DNA from: an uncultured Caulobacterales bacterium
GTDB lineage: Bacteria; Pseudomonadota; Alphaproteobacteria; Caulobacterales; Maricaulaceae
Reading direction: 5' to 3'
Assembly (NCBI GenBank): GCA_938003545.1
Contig: CALKXY010000022.1
Span: 3,637 to 67,636 of the forward strand
DNA length: 64,000 nt
The notes under the pieces were generated by a model that did not search any database, was not told where the DNA came from, and was given only the letters and a program-made list of their open reading frames with translations. The stretch's first letter is position 1. Each line of letters opens with the position of its first letter. Position numbers and translations under genes: made by a program. Below are positions 19,544-27,328 of this stretch, piece after piece.

Positions 19544-21592
19544 ATGACACGATTTTCAAAGCCGCATCTTGCGGCCACGGTCGCGCTTGGCCTAATTTTC
19601 GCTCACACAGCTGTCTTTTCCGCCCATGGTCAAGCCACGCAAAACACATTCGAACCTGCATATTTCGCCCAATACGCCCCGCGTACGGCGGGGGATATGA
19701 TCGCTCAAATCCCAGGCTTCCAGCTCAAAGGCGCTGATGATCGCCGCGGTTTGGGTCAGGGCGGTGCAAATATACTCATCAACGGCGAACGTTTGACAGG
19801 AAAATCAGATATTAACGGTCAGCTTTCGCGCATTGTCGCCAACACCGTTGTCCGCATCGAAATTCAAGACGGTGCATCATTAGACATTCCCGGCCTTTCA
19901 GGACAAGTCGCCAACATCATCACCAAGACGACGGGCCAATCTGGAACCTGGAGCTGGGCTCCAGAATTCCGTGAACGTCAACGGGTTAATCTCAACCATG
20001 CCCATCTTACGCTTTCTGGTAAGCACGGCGATATCGCTTATACCGCAGAATTACGTAATGAAGCGCGCCGCAGTGGCAATTGGGGACCCGAGACCTTAAC
20101 CGAAGCAGACGGCACAGTGTTTGAAATACGCGACGAATTAGGGCGCTTTAATTTCGACGGGCCCGGCGCGGTGCTTGATTTGAAATGGGCACCAAATGAT
20201 GACCACTCTGGCAATCTCAATTTAGAATATAATAAGTTCAATTCGGCAAATATCACTCGCTCTAGCCGCCGCGCACAAACGGCAAGAGGCGAAAATTTGG
20301 AAACCATTTTTACGAGCGGCGAAGACGAGTGGAACGCCAAAATCGGCGCAGACTACGAGCTTCCTTTAGGTTCGGGTAAATTGAAAGCCATAGGCTTTTA
20401 CCGTTTTGAACGCTCGCCAACGCGCAATGCCTTCTCCACCTTCGCCCTGAGCGGCCAACAATTAAATGGATCCATTTTCGACAGAGCTGCAGATGAAGGC
20501 GAAACGATTGCGCGTACCGAATATAGTTGGTCTCCCACCACAGGGCGAGATTGGACATTTGGCGTCGAAGGCGCGTTTAACTATCTCGACATTGAATCAG
20601 AATTACAGGTTTTTGAGAACGGGGCCTTTGTCAATGAGCCACTAGACGGTGCAACATCGCGCGTTGAAGAACGCCGCGCAGAAGCCACCCTCACCCACAG
20701 CCGCGCACTCTCAGCTAAATGGGACTTACAGCTCTCAGGGGGTGTTGAATATTCAAAGTTAGAACAGACGGATGGTTTGTCCCGTAATTTCATTCGGCCA
20801 AAAGGCTTTCTGCTCGCGACCTATAAACCGGATGATAGCACATCCTGGCGATTCAAAGCCGAACGCGAAGTTGAACAGCTTAGCTTTTTTGATTTCATCT
20901 CCTCTGTTGATGTTGTCGACAACATTGACAGCACAGGAAACGTTAATCTGGTCCCATCGCAAAATTGGTTTTTCGGAATCGAATATGACAAAGATTTCGG
21001 GCAAGGCTTTACCATCAACCTAAACCCCTATGTGAGCTTCATTTCCGATCTCGTCGACCGCATACCAATTGGTGAAAACGGAGATGCCGTCGGAAATGTC
21101 GATAGCGCCATGAGTTACGGTATTGATTTCAACACAAGCCTCAAGGGCGAACGATGGGGATGGAACGGCCTGCAATTTGACCTTGATATCCAATATCGAG
21201 ACAGCCAAGTCGACGATCCAGTCACAGGTGTTTCGCGTGAGTTAAGCCGCGACCTCAAGAGCTTCTGGCATGCCCGCATGCGCCATGATATTCCAGATAC
21301 GCAATGGGCCTATGGCGGCGGCGCACGCGAATTTGCAGATCATAAAGGCTTTCGGCTCTTCACCACGGATAACCCGTCCCTTGATCGCCCGATCACCTAT
21401 GCCTTTGTTGAACATAAGGATGTCTTCGGCATGAAAATAAAAGCAGAACTCACAAACCTCATTAACTCTCGGGAAAATTTCACACGTGAAGTTTTCACAG
21501 ATCGCCGCGATCGCGGCGTCTTAGATGTTACCGAATTTGAATCCCGCACATTTGGTCCGATCCTAAATATCGAATTTAGCGGTACTTTTTAA
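19544..21592 (+). CDS. TonB-dependent-receptor-like outer membrane protein
   Basis: Signal peptide, plug-like QIPGF...RGLGQGGANILINGER, beta-strand pattern, GNVNLVP, C-terminal F. Confidence 0.8.
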   Translation: MTRFSKPHLAATVALGLIFAHTAVFSAHGQATQNTFEPAYFAQYAPRTAGDMIAQIPGFQLKGADDRRGLGQGGANILINGERLTGKSDINGQLSRIVANTVVRIEIQDGASLDIPGLSGQVANIITKTTGQSGTWSWAPEFRERQRVNLNHAHLTLSGKHGDIAYTAELRNEARRSGNWGPETLTEADGTVFEIRDELGRFNFDGPGAVLDLKWAPNDDHSGNLNLEYNKFNSANITRSSRRAQTARGENLETIFTSGEDEWNAKIGADYELPLGSGKLKAIGFYRFERSPTRNAFSTFALSGQQLNGSIFDRAADEGETIARTEYSWSPTTGRDWTFGVEGAFNYLDIESELQVFENGAFVNEPLDGATSRVEERRAEATLTHSRALSAKWDLQLSGGVEYSKLEQTDGLSRNFIRPKGFLLATYKPDDSTSWRFKAEREVEQLSFFDFISSVDVVDNIDSTGNVNLVPSQNWFFGIEYDKDFGQGFTINLNPYVSFISDLVDRIPIGENGDAVGNVDSAMSYGIDFNTSLKGERWGWNGLQFDLDIQYRDSQVDDPVTGVSRELSRDLKSFWHARMRHDIPDTQWAYGGGAREFADHKGFRLFTTDNPSLDRPITYAFVEHKDVFGMKIKAELTNLINSRENFTREVFTDRRDRGVLDVTEFESRTFGPILNIEFSGTF

Positions 21593-21615
21593 GCTCAAGA
21601 CCGCCTTAAAACCGA

Positions 21616-22521
21616 TCAGGGCGTATAAACGGTATAGGTTACATCAGCACCCAGTGTGCCCACACCCATGGAAAAATCATAGGCGTTCGTATTCCTGGCG
21701 TCTGCGTTTCCACTCAAGGCGTAACGTATATTAAACGAAACGGCTTGTTCGAGCAATGACCCCCGTGCGCGTGCTGTGCGGCGGCCGCCATCAAAAAATT
21801 GCGTCGGGCCTGCGCTAATGTCGCCCAAGTCATTTAGGGTCGTGTCGATCCCGCTACCGCCCACAGCTGGGTTTTGGGCCGCATCGCCCCAACGTCCTGC
21901 ACCTGACCCACCAGATCGATTTATCAAAGCGCGGAAGCCTATATTATCATAATTCAAAGCAGAAAAATCTCCAGACCGCGTCAAATTACTGGCTTGCGCA
22001 AACATATCAAAGGGCGCGTTAGACACGACCAAAAAGCGCGAAACGTGACGAGATTGGCGCACATTTACATCTGTCGTATTATCGATTCCAAATGCCGTGA
22101 GTCTGTCTGTGGCCTCAAGATAGTCAACATCACCCCCACTAGGGTTTCCGAAATTCGCCCCGAAGGTTTCATTTTCAATATCAAGCCGCGACCCGCCACC
22201 AGAATAGTCATGACCTGCGTCGAAACCAGAATTTGAGTTAAAGACAAAGCCGTCAACACCAATGATGTCTGGCGCAGCCGCGCCTGACGTCGCGGGCGTA
22301 AGGAGATTGAAATCGACCGCAACAGGCGCAACGCCGCCATTGCTCTCGTCCTCAGTGGCGCCAATAACGATCACAAGGGATTGGACACGAAAGAAAGGGC
22401 GATCAGTTGAAGCCGCAAGGGCTGACGCCACAGGAAGACTGCTCATCGCTAATAGAGCAGGTACTGATAGTAAAGAGGCCGGCCAAAGCACATCTTTAAT
22501 ATATTCCCAAATCAGTCTCAT
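21616..22521 (-). CDS. Secreted beta-rich hypothetical protein
   Basis: 301-aa ORF with signal-like N-terminus (…PVASALA), Gly/Ser/Asp-rich, ending in strand GADVTYTVYTP. Confidence 0.7.
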   Translation of the reverse strand: MRLIWEYIKDVLWPASLLSVPALLAMSSLPVASALAASTDRPFFRVQSLVIVIGATEDESNGGVAPVAVDFNLLTPATSGAAAPDIIGVDGFVFNSNSGFDAGHDYSGGGSRLDIENETFGANFGNPSGGDVDYLEATDRLTAFGIDNTTDVNVRQSRHVSRFLVVSNAPFDMFAQASNLTRSGDFSALNYDNIGFRALINRSGGSGAGRWGDAAQNPAVGGSGIDTTLNDLGDISAGPTQFFDGGRRTARARGSLLEQAVSFNIRYALSGNADARNTNAYDFSMGVGTLGADVTYTVYTP

Positions 22522-22695
22522 AATAAAATAAAACTATGGGTTGAGTCTTTAATTGGAGCGAAGGAATAAGGTTATTGAGACATTAATCAAAACGGCTCGA
22601 ATAAACCCGTTTTAAAACATACATAAAGCATAAAGGCGTTTGCACGGCGCACGTAAGATTTTATCTCATTATATATGAGACATCAGGACAACGGG

Positions 22696-24030
22696 TTACA
22701 GGTCGACGTAATCCGCAAAACGCGCTGCAACGGCAGTTGAGTCGAGCTTCGCGCGTTTGAAATCCGCCCGAAGGAAGTTCTTATCTAATGTCCCCTCAAA
22801 CGCTTGTAACAACAGAACTTGTTCGGCTTCAGGTTTAGCAGCCAGCCATGTTCGGGCCTTTTCAACCCGTTCTAATAAAGCGCGTTTATCCGCTTCGCGC
22901 GCTTCAAACTCGGTTTGCCGCGCTTTATATTCGACATCCGCTTGACGCGTACGCGCGGCGCCGCGCGCCGCTGCTTTTGTCATTTCAGCGGGGGTCGGAC
23001 CGGCTTTTGCGTCTTTATAATCGTCTTTAATAGCCGCGGCGAGAAACCCAGAGAGCGACGTAATTTGCGTGCCTGATGTTTTTTGAGATTCCATGAGATC
23101 TAACTTGGCCGCGCAATAATCTTCGCCATGTTGGGTGATCCAGCTTTCAGCTAGCTTATGCGAGATACCAGAGGCGACGAGTCGTTGATAAACGGTTGTC
23201 CCCTTCACCGCCCCATCATCATCTATATCTAGCAAAGGCAGTTGTTTATTCGCGCCTATGATAAACCGTATCTCGCTGATGGAACGACCTGATCGTTTGA
23301 ACTCAGGCGTGATTTCAATATCAGATACCGCGTTAATCTCTTTGACGGTCGGCTTGATCACTTTGGCGTTGAGATGTTTGAACTGGCGATAATAATCGCT
23401 GTCATCCACACCCATGAGACGCCGGAAGGTTTTCAAATCCCACCACCCCGTTGAACGTACGGTTTTGAAGCGATAGCAATTTTCATAAAGGGCCAACGCA
23501 TGCTTGGATCGAAACTTGCGCTGAATACGCATATTAATACTGGCATAAATGTCAGGGTTATAGAGTTTCTCGGCTAAGGCCGAAGAATAGCCATATCGGC
23601 ATTTCCCGCGCGACAAGACAGCATGAGACAATAAGCTAGATACGCCCCACTCGACCTCTTCCTGATTATCGCCCAATATATTCCACTCCGCATGGACAGA
23701 CGCCAAAGCGCGCAAAGATTCTTTCAAAGGTTTCCGGTCATTGGAGTCATAGCCCAACATCACACAGAGCGTTTTCTCGTCAATCTCATGTTCCGTCTGC
23801 GTAAGCAGCGCATCATAAGCATTCAGGAGTAGGACATTAGAGAGTTTGCGTTGCAGCAGCGAAAGATGGCCATCCGTATGAATAGCTGCGACATGTTTCT
23901 TCAACGGACGATTAGGTAACGTTTGCGCAGGCGTTACAACTCGAATTGACGCAGGGGATTTCTTACGTCGGCGCTTGGCCGGCGGCTTTGCGGCGGGCAC
24001 CGCAGTTTTATTGGTTTTCGGGTCTGACAT
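22696..24030 (-). CDS. Rep_3/RepB-family plasmid replication initiator
   Basis: KKHVAAIH...LSLLQRKLSNVLLLNAY, FRSKHALALYENC, FRRLMGV...FKHLNAKVIKP.VKEINAVSDI tandem winged-helix pattern; adjacent to iterons and parA; start placed at ATG 24030. Confidence 0.88.
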   Translation of the reverse strand: MSDPKTNKTAVPAAKPPAKRRRKKSPASIRVVTPAQTLPNRPLKKHVAAIHTDGHLSLLQRKLSNVLLLNAYDALLTQTEHEIDEKTLCVMLGYDSNDRKPLKESLRALASVHAEWNILGDNQEEVEWGVSSLLSHAVLSRGKCRYGYSSALAEKLYNPDIYASINMRIQRKFRSKHALALYENCYRFKTVRSTGWWDLKTFRRLMGVDDSDYYRQFKHLNAKVIKPTVKEINAVSDIEITPEFKRSGRSISEIRFIIGANKQLPLLDIDDDGAVKGTTVYQRLVASGISHKLAESWITQHGEDYCAAKLDLMESQKTSGTQITSLSGFLAAAIKDDYKDAKAGPTPAEMTKAAARGAARTRQADVEYKARQTEFEAREADKRALLERVEKARTWLAAKPEAEQVLLLQAFEGTLDKNFLRADFKRAKLDSTAVAARFADYVDL

Positions 24031-24133
24031 GACACGATTCTCCAAAGGCACCCCGAATCCCTTGTGCAAGTGGTGCTTTCAGTGCCGTTCTGACCCAAAG
24101 GCACCTGTCGTCAAGCCCTGACAGGGGTCTTCA

Positions 24134-24602
24134 TCCTGTAACTGGGTGCTTAATGCGAATTTCTTTATGCGGCGATCCTGTAAATAGGTGCTTTCTAGTC
24201 GTTAGGGCCGTGTGGTCCTGTAAATGGGTGCTTGATTCAATGTTTCCATGATTCGAGGGTCTATGTTCCTCCATATGCGAGGGCCGGACCGCCCTCCCCT
24301 GCCTGTTTATGGGGATTTTCGTCAATATAGAGGAGAATCAAAGGCACCTATCTACGGGATGATTCGCGAATCGTAGCCCGAAGAAATAGAGCTATCCTGT
24401 AAATGGGTCCTTTTAGCGGGGAGTGATTATATTGAATAACTCTAAGGCACTGAATTTATTGTATAATTATAAGGTGGAACATGAGGATTTATGCTTGCCC
24501 TGTATCTGGGTGCTCTAGCTCCTGCACGAGGGTGCTTTTGATCCTGCTAACAGGTGCTTCCCGTCCTGCAACTGGGTTCCGGTCATCCTGAATATAGGTT
24601 CC
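24134..24602. repeat. Iteron array / replication origin, consensus TCCTGYAWNTGGGTGCT
   Basis: 17-bp copies at 24134, 24176, 24216, 24395 and inverted at 24343-24359; five more at exact 22-bp period (24498, 24520, 24542, 24564, 24586); AT-rich stretch ~24421-24492. Confidence 0.88.
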
Positions 24603-24716
24603 CATATGTGCGTTAAAGCCTGTATTTATAGGCCTTTGCGAGTCCCTAAACATTATAAACTCTCCTAAACTAAACAAACAACTGTCTGTGTATTTAGAAG
24701 AATGAGATGAGGAAAA

Positions 24717-25142
24717 TTAGTAGCCTGCTTCTGTAACGAGTCGTTCCATCCCTTCCCAATAGGATAATTTATTGGCATCGCAATAATCAATAAATCCGTT
24801 GAGCACACGTACGGGCCCCCGGATAGACAGTTGATCAACGGGTTCAGCATGTTGAATCCGGCGGCGTTTTTTCATTAAAATTGGAGCGGCGGCTATGGCT
24901 TCGCGGGATGTGAACCCATGGGACTGCGCGAGCTTATCGGCCAGATCATCTTGTGCTTTGCGAACGGCCGGTTTTGGTTTTGGCTGACGCGGCGTCTTTG
25001 TAACGGCCTTAGGCTTCGTAACTTTTGGTTTAGACGCGGGCTTCACTTTAGCCTTTGGCGTACCTGTTGGCTTTACTGTTGAAAGGTCACCAAAATCTGC
25101 GTCAAAGCCAAAACTGGCACGTTTGATTGTATCGTCGGTCAT
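24717..25142 (-). CDS. Small partition partner with C-terminal ribbon-helix-helix-like domain (type Ib centromere-binding protein candidate)
   Basis: Directly after parA; disordered K/P-rich N-terminus; VDQLSIRGPVRVLNGFIDYCDANKLSYWEGMERLV; start placed at ATG 25142. Confidence 0.65.
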   Translation of the reverse strand: MTDDTIKRASFGFDADFGDLSTVKPTGTPKAKVKPASKPKVTKPKAVTKTPRQPKPKPAVRKAQDDLADKLAQSHGFTSREAIAAAPILMKKRRRIQHAEPVDQLSIRGPVRVLNGFIDYCDANKLSYWEGMERLVTEAGY

Positions 25143-25155
25143 AAGGGTCCCTCTC

Positions 25156-25875
25156 CTATGCGGCTTCTGAAGTAGCAGAATTTGTGTCGCCCTCACCGCG
25201 CATTTCGTCTTTCAACGCTTTGATCACGAAATAGGCAAAACCTTCCGCGTTCTCGAGCGCCTTTGGTAGGCCGGCACTTTCGGCCTTTGTAAGTTCACGC
25301 AGGGTCTTGTTAAATGAGAACAGCGCGCGGAAGGCGGCGCGTTCGTGCAGCGGGACATCTAACATCGGCACGCCCGCACTTTCGAGTTGCTCTACGATCG
25401 CTTTCTCGTCGCGTGTACGGATGGCTGGATTATTACGAGTCATGAGAATTCGCATCGGAATGCGGCGGCGCAGTGTTTTTTCTTCAACCCGAATGAGGGC
25501 GACCGCACGTGCGGCTTGTTTCGCATCAACGGGACTGGCCTGCATAGGAATGACGGTGAGATCAGACCGGCTCATGGCTCTGCTCATCATAAGTGACGCC
25601 GTGCCTTCAAGATCAACAATGACGAAGGGATATTCTGCGGAGAGTGTATCGAGCACGTCGATAATATCGCCCTCCCCTGGATTCGGGATCGCTGTGAAAG
25701 GAATAGTATCGCCATTGGCTTCGCGGGCAGCAGCCCATCCGGCAGTGACTTGGTTTGGGTCGCAATCAATCAGCGCAACTTTGCCGCCGCGATGCGCCAA
25801 TTCGAGCGCCAGGATTAGGGCCGAGGTCGATTTACCTGTTCCGCCTTTAGGATTTGCAAAACTGATGACGGGCAT
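25156..25875 (-). CDS. parA: ParA-family partition ATPase (short, type Ib)
   Basis: Deviant Walker A NPKGGTGKST, IDCDPN, VIVDLEG; no N-terminal HTH. Confidence 0.9.
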   Translation of the reverse strand: MPVISFANPKGGTGKSTSALILALELAHRGGKVALIDCDPNQVTAGWAAAREANGDTIPFTAIPNPGEGDIIDVLDTLSAEYPFVIVDLEGTASLMMSRAMSRSDLTVIPMQASPVDAKQAARAVALIRVEEKTLRRRIPMRILMTRNNPAIRTRDEKAIVEQLESAGVPMLDVPLHERAAFRALFSFNKTLRELTKAESAGLPKALENAEGFAYFVIKALKDEMRGEGDTNSATSEAA

Positions 25876-25923
25876 GCGGGTCTCCGAAGAAAAAATCTCT
25901 CAGGACGTATTTGCAAAGAAAAG

Positions 25924-25939
25924 GTTAACGCTAGGTTAC
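25924..25939 (-). promoter_or_regulatory. Candidate CtrA box upstream of parA
   Basis: Minus strand reads GTAA-cctagcg-TTAAC, i.e. TAA-N7-TTAAC. Confidence 0.5.
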
Positions 25940-26060
25940 TATGCCTGCCAAGACTGCCTGCTAACCCCGCTAAGCGTGGCAAGCTATCATGGCTAGCTTT
26001 GTAATATAGCTTAGCTAGCTTTGCAGTCTTAGCGGTCTAAGCTGCTATATATAGCTATAT
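25930..26060. repeat. Degenerate GCTA/TAGC tetramer tract, candidate centromere (parS/parH-like)
   Basis: Dense GCTA/TAGC/AGCT words in non-coding DNA upstream of parA. Confidence 0.5.
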
Positions 26061-26514
26061 TTTCAGTGTGTTAGAGGGTTTGGGGGCAAAGTTAAGCTCT
26101 TTTTCAAAGCCTAATTCTTGCGAGGATCGCGCCTGAGGCTCCTCTAAAATATTTTTGGTGGGATTGTGAGGGAGAGGTAAGAAAGCGGCTGTATGAGGCT
26201 TAAAACGTGCCACGAAAATTCAGAGTTATAAGCCCGAAATTAGAAATACGCTAGAATCTCTGATTCTGAATGCAGAATACACGAAAATGACGTCATCAGG
26301 TTCCATGAGTGCCATCCAAAGACAGAAAGGCGGCATTAGGTTCTACGAATAGGCAAAGTGAAATCGCAACGACTGAACGGATATTGAATTTATAGAAAGT
26401 ACCCGTTTACGGGACCAATAAGTGTGGCCCTGATAATGGTGGGGAGGCTTAGATTGAAAAATTCGGGCAAAGATGTCGTAAAGCCGCACTCAACTGAATG
26501 TGAAGGGGAGGGCG

Positions 26515-26931
26515 CTAACCTGCGGCCTTAACATTGGTTTCGGCGTCATATGCGCGGCGGATAACTTCAACCCTGCCGAGATGTTTCCCCCCCCAATTCA
26601 TCATCGCTTGAAGAGGGACGATGAAACTCTCGCCGAGTGGGGTGAGAGCATAATCGACACGCAGTGGCACGCCGCCGCGAGTCTCGCGTGTGATGAGCCC
26701 ATCTCGTTCCAATTCCCGTAGGCTTTGTGCGAGCATACGTTGCGAGATATCTGGGATGGCTCCGCGCAGTTCAGAAAAGCGATGTGACCCAAAGGACAGA
26801 TGGCAGAGAATAAGGCTCGGCCACTTTCGCCCAAGTTGTCCCAATAGATTACGCACCGGGCAAATTTTGGTGTTGTAGAAAATGTCAGGCGCTTTTCCTG
26901 GACTTGGATAGGCTTTTACAGGCTGTTTCAT
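26515..26931 (-). CDS. HxlR-family winged-helix regulator
   Basis: CPVRNLL...KWPSLIL...RFSELRGAIPDISQRMLAQSLRELERDGLITR...VPLRVDYALTPLG. Confidence 0.9.
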   Translation of the reverse strand: MKQPVKAYPSPGKAPDIFYNTKICPVRNLLGQLGRKWPSLILCHLSFGSHRFSELRGAIPDISQRMLAQSLRELERDGLITRETRGGVPLRVDYALTPLGESFIVPLQAMMNWGGKHLGRVEVIRRAYDAETNVKAAG

Positions 26932-27264
26932 AGATTTCGATATAGGTACTGAAATGTAACCAATGCGTTAAGGTCCTGATAAATATAGAAATACTGTAAA
27001 TTTTCTATGTATATGACATGTTAGCAGGGTGCCGAGTTGTAACCCACATGGCACTCATTTTGAGAGTTGAAAATCACGTGGTTTTTTAGCGAAAAAGGCA
27101 AATAATACAATCAAAGGTAATTTTTATTTATCGTTAATATTAACGTTTAGAGTAAAATATATTATATAAATCAATAAGTTGCGGGCTTGTTAAGACTGTA
27201 AATTAACGAACATGAACCCAATATGACTGGTTAATCATTTGAGAACCATATCTCTCAACACCCT

Positions 27265-27280
27265 TTAACACACCATTCAC
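27265..27280 (+). promoter_or_regulatory. Candidate CtrA box upstream of the giant DUF11 gene
   Basis: TTAA-cacacca-TTCAC, one mismatch to TTAA-N7-TTAAC. Confidence 0.35.
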
Positions 27281-27328
27281 AACTTCTCGTCGACATTGCT
27301 CCCTCACATAGAAGTGGGACTACATCCG

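Noticed and set aside
22664-22680. TCTCAT-tatat-ATGAGA inverted repeat as a dif site or terminator
   Set aside because: Does not fit XerC/XerD arms; weak AT stem.
24134-24602. Spaced repeats as a CRISPR array
   Set aside because: Repeats are 17 bp and degenerate with 5-bp or irregular spacers, lie beside a rep gene, and no cas genes are present; they are iterons.
24131-24850. Short minus-strand ORFs across the origin
   Set aside because: They translate iteron DNA and show no protein-like features.
25307-25996. 229-aa plus-strand ORF
   Set aside because: Antisense shadow of parA.
26060-26500. Possible ncRNA in the parA-hxlR spacer
   Set aside because: Only short palindromes; no recognisable RNA family or terminator by eye. 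A covariance-model search would be needed.
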